A DNA stretch of 64,000 nt from an uncultured Verrucomicrobiota bacterium (GCA_964650945.1 CAZYXU010000003.1:1754-65753), one strand, 5' to 3'; positions 54,901 to 63,734 are shown, counted from the first letter of the stretch. Notes: generated from the sequence alone by a model not told the origin. Program-made: numbers and translations.

Positions 54901-55388
54901 ACGGAGCGGATGCTTTTGGCCAGTCCCAGGTCGGCGACCTTGATCGAGCCGTCGCTGTCAATGATGATGTTGTCGGGCTTGACGTCGCAATGGATGATGC
55001 GATCGTGTTCCCACGCGTATTTCAAGGCATCGGACACGCTTTGGGCGATGAGCAGGGCGTTTTCCTGGGAAATCCGCTGCTTGCGCCGGATCCAGTGGGC
55101 CACGCTGTAGCCGGAAACGAATTCCATGACAAAATAATAAATGCCGTCATCCGTTTTGCCGAAGTCATACACCTGGACGATGTTGGGATGCTTGAGGCTG
55201 GCGGTGATGCGGGCTTCGCTGATGAACTTGTCGATGTCGCCCGGCTCGCGCGCGAGGTTGGGCGGAAGGGTTTTTAAAGCCACAATGCGCTCGAGCGAGA
55301 TCTGGCGCGCCTTGTAAACTGTGCTCATGCCGCCGCGCGGCAGGATTTCGAGGATTTCAAACCCGGTGAATTTAGGCGCGTCGTCCAT
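51942..55388 (-). CDS. Ser/Thr protein kinase (Hanks-type) plus TM plus helical/TPR-like region plus C-terminal leucine-rich-repeat (LRR) domain
   Basis: Kinase subdomains: GGMSTVYKARQ (Gly loop), ALK (VAIK-like), HCDVKPDNIII (catalytic loop), DLGLA (DFG-like), and GTPNYIAPE (APE). TM helix IIAAILVLAVLALAGLVL at ~aa 375. The C-terminus has ~12 LxxLxLxxTxIxDLxPL repeats. Confidence 0.8.
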   Translation of the reverse strand: MDDAPKFTGFEILEILPRGGMSTVYKARQISLERIVALKTLPPNLAREPGDIDKFISEARITASLKHPNIVQVYDFGKTDDGIYYFVMEFVSGYSVAHWIRRKQRISQENALLIAQSVSDALKYAWEHDRIIHCDVKPDNIIIDSDGSIKVADLGLAKSIRSVADSGETGSIFGTPNYIAPEQARGDSSLDCRTDIYALGATLYHCLTGKMPFESLPPHEIMDRQITDTIPDPQEIHPAIATGSACLIEKMMYKDPADRQADWGAVIQDIIQVRSEKLPLGDFRQAKASTVRRCQLRAQHLRDIYRLLDQEDTQRTDGLPERRYLQGYWLATSPHPRPRARAAAPIPSPRIVNRRMQFEKIIAAILVLAVLALAGLVLRRWRAPDRAAASAAAAQGAAPAAPPPAATTPAAPDDEREKLARELYDNTLQWLTENPGQYNQAIRKFEQVAADTRGTRYAALALDEVQKVRQAKNRAINRIMQTLNDQAGQLAARQHYAEAAALLSGYAGELAAETAQQRRARAETWQARAAEHLTAKQSRQQELDRQWQQILDEVTAAVLTENFDPILERLQAAGADNQLADRRPQLRELASICQAAAELDRRLLASFLPQKGQTLDLRLTRGVEKLTVREVADGVILAEKISPVGGGYAIQPQQLRLADLTLIEKQERLGTSATPETALLRGMLAMRENNFDAAERAFEGAGELLGPALNAAVAQQRHRQQEQAAWMELALILGRVQIKLDDPPPQSAQLAALLKQRKLSPLEAQFLRQAAAMFQTRYAGTDCVRQAEPLWKAAESHPAAAAAGAAAGSDAGAGREAENGGGRDTPGYLKNSLLNHNPGLRESEIVCQTDPQGQPVRLEIISANLRTLQPLAQLTTLRELIAGGKRPADRSDAVILAPLDDLEPLRNLPLQTLYLGHTRVKDLEPITGMLSLTRLSLTQTDVTDIGPLADLRLTALDLSYVKLRDLAPLRAMPLRELNLTQTEIADLGVLRGKPLTDLRAARTLIRDLAPLAGMPLSALDVRETAVWDLRPLANMPLERLDLAATKVNDLTQIHGMPLKHLDISGTEIKNILALRGMPLRTLNIKQTAIKDLSPLQHAPIEEIWLDYQPFRHQRDTDRVFAEILRQMPALAAVNGLPWRPHHGRQNWE

Positions 55389-55436
55389 GCTGGGCTGGTG
55401 CCGGATTGGCGGAAGTGTTTGACAGATCAATATGTT

Positions 55437-55467
55437 TTTGATTCATTGTGTGGGTAGCATTATAAAT
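55437..55467 (+). promoter_or_regulatory. Sigma70-like promoter candidate (TTGATT-17-TATAAA)
   Basis: Read directly in an AT-rich patch: TTGATTcattgtgtgggtagcatTATAAAt. It is oriented toward the small ORF and the AstE-family gene. Confidence 0.35.
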
Positions 55468-55530
55468 GCCATGCACAACAGGGTCAATTTATTTAAACGC
55501 CGGTCTGCCCGGCGGCGGCGCGGGCAGGCG

Positions 55531-55656
55531 ATGGTGGAATACGCCGTGGTGGCCGGCATGCTGGTGGCCGTCTGGTTCATGCTGACGCTGTTTTTACGCG
55601 TGTTCGGCGAATACGGCGCGCGGATTCTGGATATGGTCGCCGCGGATTATCCGTGA
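55531..55656 (+). CDS. Possible small hydrophobic peptide (41 aa), very tentative
   Basis: MVEYAVVAGMLVAVWFMLTLFLRVFGEYGARILDMVAADYP, one predicted TM helix downstream of the promoter candidate. No RBS was verified. Confidence 0.25.
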   Translation: MVEYAVVAGMLVAVWFMLTLFLRVFGEYGARILDMVAADYP

Positions 55657-55702
55657 GCCGGGCGGAAGACTGCATTCAAAGGCTGCCTTGACCGGGGGAA
55701 AT

Positions 55703-56791
55703 ATGACAAAAAAAATCGTCCAACCGCCAACCATCACCATCCGGCGCCGGCCGGGCAAACATAAATCTTTTTTGGAAACGGGGCATTACGTCCAGTCGGT
55801 CAAGGTGCGTTTGCCCGTCCTGACCGTTACCGGCGCGCGGCCCGGCCCGTTGGCGGTGATCATGGCCGGCCAGCATGGCCGGGAATTGAACGGGGTGGCG
55901 GCGATCGAGCGGGTTTTCAACGAACTGGACCCGCAGTCCCTCAAGGGGACGGTGGTTTTCCTGCCAGTCTTGAACCCGCTGGCCGTCCTCACCCGGCGCC
56001 AGGATTATCCCGTCGAGGAATTCCGCTACCGCCGCATGGGACTGAACATGCTGACGCCCCGGCCGGCGGGGCCGGACCGCAATTACAACATGGATTTATG
56101 CTGGTTGGAGCGGCCCACGGCCGACAGCTATGTTTTTGCCGTCACCGGGGCGGTTTGGCAGACCTGGCTGCGGCATGCCGACTGGAGCATTGACCTGCAT
56201 GGCTGGTCGGACGCCTTTACCCCGCTGGCATGGAGCATGCGCCCCTATGCCGGTTTCCTGCGCAATTTCGGCTTGCCCTGGCACCAATTGCGCGCGCCGC
56301 GGTTGAACGACCCGGATGCGGGCATGACATTGACCCGCACTTATGCGGCCGGCATTCCCCATATTGTCGCGGAACTGCCCCCGCAGAATATTATTGACCC
56401 GGTGAGCATGGCCTATGGCCGCCGGGGCATCCTGAACAGCCTGAAATTCACCGGCATGCTTGCCGGCCGGCCGGAATTGCCGCCGCTGCAATATGAACTG
56501 CGGCAGGGCGACAAGGATGCCGTCATCGTGACGGGGGCGGAAGGCCTGCTGATCGGCGAAATCCCCACCGGCGCCTGGGCGCGCAAGGGGCAGCTTGTAG
56601 CGCGGGTCTTTTCGCTGGAAACCTTTGAGACGGTCTGGAGTTTCACCGCGCCCTTTGACGGCCTGGTGTTTTCCAGCGGGCGTGGCTTGTGGGGCGAGGA
56701 TATCCGCGAGCAGGCGGTGGTCTACCCGCGGATGCGTGTGGGAATGATGCGCAAGGTGGCGCAGGTGATCCGTAATCGAGGAGCAAAATAA
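55703..56791 (+). CDS. Succinylglutamate desuccinylase / aspartoacylase (AstE/AspA) family zinc hydrolase
   Basis: GPLAVIMAGQHGRELNGVAAI (Zn-binding His/Glu region of the M14-like AstE_AspA fold) and later DLHG. Its size (~360 aa) fits the family. Confidence 0.7.
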   Translation: MTKKIVQPPTITIRRRPGKHKSFLETGHYVQSVKVRLPVLTVTGARPGPLAVIMAGQHGRELNGVAAIERVFNELDPQSLKGTVVFLPVLNPLAVLTRRQDYPVEEFRYRRMGLNMLTPRPAGPDRNYNMDLCWLERPTADSYVFAVTGAVWQTWLRHADWSIDLHGWSDAFTPLAWSMRPYAGFLRNFGLPWHQLRAPRLNDPDAGMTLTRTYAAGIPHIVAELPPQNIIDPVSMAYGRRGILNSLKFTGMLAGRPELPPLQYELRQGDKDAVIVTGAEGLLIGEIPTGAWARKGQLVARVFSLETFETVWSFTAPFDGLVFSSGRGLWGEDIREQAVVYPRMRVGMMRKVAQVIRNRGAK

Positions 56792-56792
56792 A

Positions 56793-57824
56793 ATGCAAGC
56801 CAGGCATTCGGCTTACCGGGCGGCGGGCGTGGATATCGAAAATAAAATGCGCGCCTTGCGCGCCGTGAAACGGCTGGTCAGCGCCACGCGCACCCCGGGG
56901 GTCTTGAGCGAAATCGGCTCTTTCGGCGGCATGTTTGCCGCGCCGGGCCGCGACCAGGTGCTGCTGGCCAGCACCGACGGCGTGGGCACCAAGTTGAAGG
57001 TGGCCGGGCTGGCCGGCCGGCATGGCACGGTCGGCCAGGATCTGGTTAACCATTGCGTGAACGACATCCTCGTCCATGGCGCCGTCCCGTTGTTCTTCCT
57101 GGATTATTTCGGCGTGGCCGGCTTCAACGGCCGGGTTTTCCAGGCCGTGATGCGCGGACTCTGCCGCGCCTGCCGCGCGAATGGCTGCGCCCTGCTGGGC
57201 GGCGAGACCGCGGAAATGCCGGGATTGTATCCGCCCGGCGAATACGACCTGGTCGGCACCATCGTCGGCGCCGTGGACCGGAAACAATTGATCACCGGCG
57301 CCCACATCCGCCCCGGCGATGTGCTTTTGGGATTGCCGTCTTCCGGCCTGCATACCAACGGTTTTTCCCTGGCGCGGCGCATTATTTTCGAGACCGCCGG
57401 CTTGCGGCCGGGGGACCGGCTGCCGGGAACCGGGCGGCGGGTGGCGGACGTGTTGTTGAGCGTCCACCGCAGTTATTTGAAGCCGGTGCAGGCCTTGCGG
57501 CGTTCCGTGCGCGTGCTGGGGATGGCCCATATCACCGGCGGCGGGTTTGTGGATAACGTTCCGCGCATGCTGCCGGCGGATACGGACGCGGTGATTGACT
57601 GCCGCGCCTGGCGCGTGCCGGCGGTTTTCCGGTTTTTACAGGAACGCGGCGCCGTGGAAACGGAGGAGATGTACCGCGTTTTCAACATGGGCATCGGCAT
57701 GGCGATCGCGATCCGGGCGGCCGACCTGGCGGCGGCGCGCCGGACGCTGGCCGCCCACGGGGCGCCGGCCAAGGTGATCGGGCGGGTGGAAAAAGGTTCC
57801 CGCAAAGCGCGCCTGCGCTTTTAA
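56793..57824 (+). CDS. purM: Phosphoribosylformylglycinamidine cyclo-ligase (AIR synthetase) PurM
   Basis: YRAAGVDIE…GGFGGMF…LVASTDGVGTK…HCVNDILVHGA, the classical PurM motifs. Confidence 0.9.
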   Translation: MQARHSAYRAAGVDIENKMRALRAVKRLVSATRTPGVLSEIGSFGGMFAAPGRDQVLLASTDGVGTKLKVAGLAGRHGTVGQDLVNHCVNDILVHGAVPLFFLDYFGVAGFNGRVFQAVMRGLCRACRANGCALLGGETAEMPGLYPPGEYDLVGTIVGAVDRKQLITGAHIRPGDVLLGLPSSGLHTNGFSLARRIIFETAGLRPGDRLPGTGRRVADVLLSVHRSYLKPVQALRRSVRVLGMAHITGGGFVDNVPRMLPADTDAVIDCRAWRVPAVFRFLQERGAVETEEMYRVFNMGIGMAIAIRAADLAAARRTLAAHGAPAKVIGRVEKGSRKARLRF

Positions 57825-57863
57825 CGGCGGCGCCTGATGCGATTTTGCCGTTGCCGCCGCCGT
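57806..57863. terminator. Two stem-loops between convergent genes (AAAGCGC-gcct-GCGCTTTT overlapping the purM stop, and ACGGCGGCG…CGCCGCCGT). A candidate bidirectional terminator
   Basis: Inverted repeats read directly. The first is followed by TTTT. Confidence 0.4.
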
Positions 57864-58981
57864 CAGGGTTTTTCGCCGAGGTAAATGACCGCGGCCATGC
57901 CCTTTTCCGGCTGGCAGACGATGCGGTCGTGCCGGACGGCGATGATGCGCTGGGCCTTGGCCCGGGCCAGCCCCTGGCCGGCGGCCAGGTGCAGGCTGTA
58001 GGAGAGTTTTTCCCCGGGCGCCAGCGCCACCACGGCTTCCGGATCATCCCAATACCGGGCATCCAGTTCGCGCGAGACGCCGACTTCCAGCAGGTAATCG
58101 CCGTCCCGCCGCAGCACGCAATAGTAAGGCGAGGGCTGGAAACGCGGGCCGATTTTGATTTCCGAGGCTTGAAAGACCACAAAATTTTCAGTCCGGTCGT
58201 TGCCCACCACCAGCCAGTTGGCGGGAATGAAGGCGTAGGCGAAATCGCCGCGTTTCTCCCCGGGCGCTTTCGGGGCGAACGTGTCCATCCCGGGTATCGG
58301 CCAGGCGGTCCAACTGTGCGGGGTGACGCCGGCGGCCGTCAGGGCCGGCCATTGGAAGTCGCTGATCCAGCAGCGCTCGGCGGGCGCCCAGATGTAGTCG
58401 CCTTCCCGGTAGGCGCCTTCCGGCGCCAGCCGGGCATGGGCCACGAACATCAGGCGCGCCGGATGTTCGCCGGTGTTTTCAATCAGAAAATCGGTCTGCA
58501 GGCGGCTGCTGCCCTCCGTCCCGGTGACGGTGGCGCTGAATCCCAGGCGCGCCGGCGCGCCGGACAGCGGGTCGTTGTAGGCAATCGCGGTACGGGCGAC
58601 CAGGGTGGCCAGACCGTCCTTGACGGCGGCGGAGGTCTCCCAGACCGCCGTGTTCAAGTAGCCCTTGGAAGCCAGGCGGTCCGGGATGCCGCCCACGCAG
58701 GGCAGGCAAAGCTGGATGCCGTCGCGGCTGCGGAAACTGGCGGCCACGTCGGGCTTGCGCACCAGGATGTTTTTGCCGGACGGTTTGTATTCGTAGTAAA
58801 GCGGAAACATGGCCTGGGCGGGCGCGAACACCGCTTGGTAATAGGCGTTTTCCAGGTGATACAACTTGGCGCCGGCTTCCTCCGTCTCCGTGAGCTTGAT
58901 GCGCGCGGCGCCGCCGGGCGTTGCGCCGGCTGCCAAACCGATTCCCATAAGACATAATCCTTGTAATAGATTTTGACGCAT
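57863..58981 (-). CDS. Secreted hypothetical protein (signal peptide, ~370 aa)
   Basis: N-terminal MRQNLLQGLCLMGIGLAAGATPGGAA signal peptide. Trp/Tyr-rich, beta-rich composition. No confident motif. Confidence 0.5.
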   Translation of the reverse strand: MRQNLLQGLCLMGIGLAAGATPGGAARIKLTETEEAGAKLYHLENAYYQAVFAPAQAMFPLYYEYKPSGKNILVRKPDVAASFRSRDGIQLCLPCVGGIPDRLASKGYLNTAVWETSAAVKDGLATLVARTAIAYNDPLSGAPARLGFSATVTGTEGSSRLQTDFLIENTGEHPARLMFVAHARLAPEGAYREGDYIWAPAERCWISDFQWPALTAAGVTPHSWTAWPIPGMDTFAPKAPGEKRGDFAYAFIPANWLVVGNDRTENFVVFQASEIKIGPRFQPSPYYCVLRRDGDYLLEVGVSRELDARYWDDPEAVVALAPGEKLSYSLHLAAGQGLARAKAQRIIAVRHDRIVCQPEKGMAAVIYLGEKP

Positions 58982-59286
58982 AGCTTGTCCTTTGTCGGCC
59001 CGGACCTCCCGGGAATAAATCGTCTTTCATTGTAAACATCCGGCATGATTTTTCAATGGTATAATTTTTGCGCGGATTGGGACGCCGGCCCGGCGGGTGG
59101 GCGGACTTGCCGGCCGCCGCCGGTGGGAAGCGCGGCTTGCCCTGCGCAATCCTGTCGAGCATGATCAAGGGTTAAGTGTAAACATCTCGATTTTATCACG
59201 TTGCCATTTTCCAGGGATTTATTTATAGTCCGATAAGCGACATTGGATAATGCAATACCTGAACGACTTCTTCCAACGAGGCGCCC

Positions 59287-59844
59287 ATGACAGCGGGCTT
59301 TATTCCTAGACACGGCGGCTACCAAGACTTGCTCTCCTACCGAAAGTCGCTGATCGTCTATGACGCGACGGTGCGGTTCTGCGAGCGGTTCCTGAATCGG
59401 CGCGACCGCACGATCGACCAGATGGTGCAGGCCGCGCGGTCCGGCAAGCAGAACATTGTCGAGGGCAGCATGGCTTCCGGAACCTCCAAGGAGACCGAGA
59501 TCAAGCTGATGAACGTCGCCCGCGCGAGTCTCGAAGAACTGCTCGAAGACTACCGCGACTATCTGCGCGTGGGCGGCCACCCCCTGTGGGACAAGGGCTC
59601 CAAGGAGGCGCTCTTTGTGCGCAAACTGGGCAGACAAGCAAATGAGTCCTATGAGACTTATAGGACCTATATCGACACCCGCCCGGCCGAGGTGGTCGCC
59701 AATATCCTCGTGTGCCTAATCCACCAGACCAACTATTTGCTGGACCAGCAGATCAGGCAACTGGAACAGGCCTTCCTGCAAGAGGGCGGACTGCGCGAAC
59801 GCATGACCCGCGCCCGGATCGAGGCCCGTAGTCGTACGATGTAA
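59287..59844 (+). CDS. Hypothetical protein, predicted helical (four-helix-bundle-like), in a compositionally atypical AT-rich islet
   Basis: GC content of the gene (~56%) and flanks (~42–50%) is far below the window average. It uses rare codons (AGA, CTA, ATA). The protein is helical with no catalytic motif. Confidence 0.5.
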   Translation: MTAGFIPRHGGYQDLLSYRKSLIVYDATVRFCERFLNRRDRTIDQMVQAARSGKQNIVEGSMASGTSKETEIKLMNVARASLEELLEDYRDYLRVGGHPLWDKGSKEALFVRKLGRQANESYETYRTYIDTRPAEVVANILVCLIHQTNYLLDQQIRQLEQAFLQEGGLRERMTRARIEARSRTM

Positions 59845-60048
59845 GCTGCTTTTATCCGGACGTTCACCGACGCGGAAGACCAGGCGCTCCGCGCCATGAA
59901 GCAACGCTGGAAAACCGAGTTTGAAACTGGTCCATGGTAAAATTTACTGGCATCCGCCGGCAGACTTGTTATGTTACCCGCGGAATTGAGCCGCCCGGGT
60001 CCGGCGGCGTGGGATTGGATTTGGCACAGGCTGCGGGAGGATAAAAAT

Positions 60049-60555
60049 ATGCCGGCGCGTAAACAAAAAAAAGCCGCCATCCGGATTCGTCCGGCGGGCT
60101 TCGGCGACGCGGGGGAAATCTACCGCATCATCAAGGAGCATCCGCGCGAAGTCCTGGCGCGTTCGGTGAGCGACATCGTCCAGAATATCGACCGGTTCCT
60201 GGTGGCGGAAACCGGCGGGCGGATTGCCGGCACGGCCTCCTGGCAGATTCTCCCGGAAATCGGCCGCGCGGCGGAGCCTTCGATCGAAATCAAATCCGTG
60301 GCCGTATCCCGCGAATTTCAGCGCCGCGGGGTGGGGGATAAACTGGTGCGGGCGGTCATCCGCCATGTGCGCGCCTATCGCCCGGCGCAATTGGTGGTGT
60401 TGACGTTTTCGCCGGAATATTTCCGCCGGTTCGGCTTCCGTGAGACGCCCAAGGAAAAATTGATGCACAAGCTCTACATGGGTTGCGTCAACTGCACCAA
60501 GTATGACTCGCCCTTCACCTGCCCGGAAGTCGCCATGACCATCGGCTTGCGCTAG
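60049..60555 (+). CDS. GNAT-family acetyltransferase with a C-terminal Cys-rich tail
   Basis: VAVSREFQRRGVGDKLV (acetyl-CoA-binding Q/R-x-x-G-x-G/A motif). GGAGG RBS 9 nt before ATG 60049. The tail is CVNCTKYDSPFTCPE. Confidence 0.7.
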   Translation: MPARKQKKAAIRIRPAGFGDAGEIYRIIKEHPREVLARSVSDIVQNIDRFLVAETGGRIAGTASWQILPEIGRAAEPSIEIKSVAVSREFQRRGVGDKLVRAVIRHVRAYRPAQLVVLTFSPEYFRRFGFRETPKEKLMHKLYMGCVNCTKYDSPFTCPEVAMTIGLR

Positions 60556-63500
60556 CCGCCCAGGCGGCGCAGTTGCTCGCCGGCGGGCTTGGCGGCCGGA
60601 TATTTGGCGTAATTGTCCACGACGCGCTTGTACATCTCCTTGGCCTTGTTGACGTCGCCCACCAGTTCGCAGGCGCGGCCAAGCTGCCAGTAGGCTTCGG
60701 AGACGTATTCGGGGTAGGCTTCGAAGAGCACCGTTACCTTGGTCAGGTTTTCGGAAGCCACCTTGACGATCCCCTGCCAGGTTTGGTCGCCGGCGCGTTT
60801 CAGGCGTTCCGCCCGGGCCAGTTGGCAGCGCGCCACGCCCAGGGAGGCCGCCAGGCGCGCTTCACCCGTTTCCTCGTTGAAGACTTCCGTGAATTTTTGT
60901 TCGGCGGCTTCGTAATCCTCTTTGATTTCCAGGATGGCGGCCAGCTTCACCCGGCCCTGTTTGCCGGGCTTGAACCACGGGAATTCCTCCAGGACTTTTT
61001 TAAAGTTGGCCTCGGCTTCCCCGTAATTTTTCTCCAGGTACTTGATGTCGGCCAGGCCGAACCAGGCCGGCGCCTGGGCGATTTGGTCTTCGGGGAAGTC
61101 CGCGATAATCTTGTTGTAAATCTTTTCGGCTTCGGCCAGGTTGCCGGCATCTTTCAGGGCGCCGGCGTAGTCGGAAAGCATGGACGGGGAGAGCCGCACT
61201 TCCGGCTGGATGGCCAGCGATTCCTTGAAGGCTTCCAGCGCCTTAGTCTCCTCGCGGTTTTTCATGCAGTAACTGCCGTAGCTGAAAGACAACTGCGCCT
61301 GCAGGTCGGCATTGTCCTTGTGCCGGCCGCGGGCTTCCTGGAAATAGGCGGCGGCCTCCTCGGACGTCATCTGCTTGCTGCGCACCAGTTCGAAGATGCT
61401 GGCGGCGATGCCCGGGATGGCTTCCAGGGCCTTGTCCGAAGCGGGATATTGCGCGAGCAGGTCCTCGAATTTGCGCGCGGCGGCCAGGCGGGTTTCGCGG
61501 TACGCCTTGCGCTGCTCCTCGGGCAGGACGGTCGGCACGCCCATCTTCTCGGCCTTCTCGTTGAGCGCCTGGCCGGCAAACAGGAGACATTCCGGCGCGC
61601 GGTCGGAGTTGGGATTGGATTCCAGCGCCTTGCCGAAGTTGGCGACGGCGTCATCGAATGCGCCGTCTTTTTTGGCGATGAAACCGAGCCAGAAATAGGC
61701 GTCGGTGGCAATCGGCCGGTCGGGGAACAATTGCAGGATTTCGCGCATGACGGCGGCCATCTCTTCGAACTGCTCCTTCTCGAAGTGCATCACGCCGATC
61801 TGGAACATGGCGGTTGGCGCGGTTTCGTGCTCCGGATGGTCCTTGGCCACCTGGCGCAGCACGGCCTGGGCTTCGTCAAACCGGCCGGTGCTGTTGAGGG
61901 CCATACCCAGTTGATACATGGCGTACGGGCGCAGTTGGCTGTCCTTCTGCTGCTCGATAAACTGCTGGAAATGCTTGATGGCGTCATCGGTTTTTTTCAA
62001 ATTCACCAGCAGGGCGCCCTTTTGGTAGGCAACCTCGTCCACGTTGGCGTAATGCTCCGTTTTCTCGGGGAAACGCTTGAGCAGGTCGGTCAGGGTGGCC
62101 AGTCCGGCTTCGCCTTCATTCAGCGCGGCTTGGCTCATGCCTTTGTAGTACAAAGATGTGGGCAGGTACTTGCCCTCGGGGAATTTGGCGGCATATTGAT
62201 CCGCGGTGGTCTGGACGTCGGCGAAACGGCCCAGCATGTATTCGGCGGTGCATTTCAAATAGAGGGCTTCCTCGAAGGTTTTCGAGGCCGGATAGTCTTC
62301 CACGCTGCGGGTAAGCTGGGCGAGGGCCGGTTCCAGGTCGCCTTGCATGAGGAAGAGCTGGCCGACGGCCAGGTTGACGTTTTCCGCGATGGGGTCCATG
62401 CCGAAGGATTGCTGGAAGGCGGTGAATTCGCGCGCGGCGTCCGCGGCCTGGCGTTCTTCGATGAAGGCGTTGATCAGCAGCAGATTGGCTTGCATTTTCT
62501 GGAGGTCCTGCGTGAAATTCATCAGGTGGCGGCAGATGATGCGCACCTCGTCGAAATGCTTCATGCGGTAAAAAGCTTCGCTGATGCGCAGGTAGGCGGC
62601 GATCATCCGGTCGGGGCTTTCGTTGACGGTGGCGAGCTGGGCGCCGAGGCGGCTCAATTCCGCCTTGGTCAGGGCGGTGTCCTCCTGCTTGGCCATCTGG
62701 GCGGCGAGTTTGGATTGCAGTTCATCGAGCGACTTGCGCAGGCTTTGCTGCACCTCGGCCTTGGCGCGCACTTCCCGGAAATACTGGATGGCTTCCAGAT
62801 ACAAGCCGGCGGAAAACCAGGTTTCCGCCAGCGCGAAGGTGCTGTCATTGGCCATGGCCAGGTTGCCTTGCTGCTTGGCCAACTGGTTGAAAATCTCGCG
62901 GGCTTTGTCCATGAAGGGCTTGGCCTCGTCCCGTTTGCCCTCCTTGATGCGGGCCAGGCCCTGCTGGCTGAAGACGCTGGCCAGCAGATAGTAGGCGTCA
63001 ATCGCGGTGGGGGAAGTCCGATGATTGGCGATCACGCCTTTCAGGTCGGTTTCAGCCTTGTCCATCTGTCCGTCCAGGTAGTAGGCGTAGGCGCGGCCGT
63101 AAAGCGATTGAGGGATGTAGGCGCTTTTGGGAAAATCAACCTGGAAGCGGCTGTGCAGCTTCAGGGATTCCGCGATGTTTTTTTTGCGGTCGGCCGAACC
63201 GTCCGGCTGGGTGTCGGCGAGGCGGGCGTGGCATTCGGCCATCAGGAAGATGGATTGCTGCTTGATCCCTTCGCTCGGCGCGCGGGCGCCGGAAAGGTCC
63301 AGGAAGAGCGGGATGGCCTTGTCGAACGCGCCCACCAGGTAGTAGGCCCAGCCCAGCTCGAATTTGATGGACATGATGTTTTCATAAGTCATGCCGGTGG
63401 CCACGATCTTTTCGTAGACGCGGATGGCTTCGGGATAACGGCCGGCATTCATGGCCTCCTCGCCGGCGACGGCCATCTCGTCGAACGACTGCGCGGGGGC

Positions 63501-63569
63501 GGACAGGACGGCCAGGGTGGCCAACATGCTCAAGGTGACGGTCAAGGCGCGGTTTTTTTTATCGCTCAT
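60552..63569 (-). CDS. Secreted tetratricopeptide-repeat (TPR) protein, 1005 aa
   Basis: Signal peptide MSDKKNRALTVTLSMLATLAVLSAPAQS. More than 20 TPR-like 34-aa repeats (W/Y-x-x-G…A-x-x-x-F…P) run throughout. Confidence 0.8.
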   Translation of the reverse strand: MSDKKNRALTVTLSMLATLAVLSAPAQSFDEMAVAGEEAMNAGRYPEAIRVYEKIVATGMTYENIMSIKFELGWAYYLVGAFDKAIPLFLDLSGARAPSEGIKQQSIFLMAECHARLADTQPDGSADRKKNIAESLKLHSRFQVDFPKSAYIPQSLYGRAYAYYLDGQMDKAETDLKGVIANHRTSPTAIDAYYLLASVFSQQGLARIKEGKRDEAKPFMDKAREIFNQLAKQQGNLAMANDSTFALAETWFSAGLYLEAIQYFREVRAKAEVQQSLRKSLDELQSKLAAQMAKQEDTALTKAELSRLGAQLATVNESPDRMIAAYLRISEAFYRMKHFDEVRIICRHLMNFTQDLQKMQANLLLINAFIEERQAADAAREFTAFQQSFGMDPIAENVNLAVGQLFLMQGDLEPALAQLTRSVEDYPASKTFEEALYLKCTAEYMLGRFADVQTTADQYAAKFPEGKYLPTSLYYKGMSQAALNEGEAGLATLTDLLKRFPEKTEHYANVDEVAYQKGALLVNLKKTDDAIKHFQQFIEQQKDSQLRPYAMYQLGMALNSTGRFDEAQAVLRQVAKDHPEHETAPTAMFQIGVMHFEKEQFEEMAAVMREILQLFPDRPIATDAYFWLGFIAKKDGAFDDAVANFGKALESNPNSDRAPECLLFAGQALNEKAEKMGVPTVLPEEQRKAYRETRLAAARKFEDLLAQYPASDKALEAIPGIAASIFELVRSKQMTSEEAAAYFQEARGRHKDNADLQAQLSFSYGSYCMKNREETKALEAFKESLAIQPEVRLSPSMLSDYAGALKDAGNLAEAEKIYNKIIADFPEDQIAQAPAWFGLADIKYLEKNYGEAEANFKKVLEEFPWFKPGKQGRVKLAAILEIKEDYEAAEQKFTEVFNEETGEARLAASLGVARCQLARAERLKRAGDQTWQGIVKVASENLTKVTVLFEAYPEYVSEAYWQLGRACELVGDVNKAKEMYKRVVDNYAKYPAAKPAGEQLRRLGG

Positions 63570-63734
63570 GGTTGCGGTCCTCCATTGGATGGGTCTGTTA
63601 TTGCCTGTTATTAATACACATTTTTGCGCGCAGCGCGAGATTTTTTTTCAACCGCATTTTTTTCTGTTTGACAGATAGTCGTATCTGGATTACGTTAAGC
63701 ATCAGGAATTTTCAATTTCCGGAGAATGCAAGCC

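Noticed and set aside
55432-55530. Track ORF start at 55432 (MFLIHCVGSIINAMHNRVNLFKRRSARRRRG…)
   Set aside because: It would begin inside the promoter-like AT-rich patch (TTGATT-17-TATAAA). Only the downstream Met at 55531 could plausibly be translated.
60005-60030. Sigma54 -24/-12 promoter (TGGCAC…GC) upstream of the second GNAT gene
   Set aside because: TGGCACaggctGCG has only 8 nt between the GG and GC dinucleotides, instead of the required 10. The spacing is wrong.
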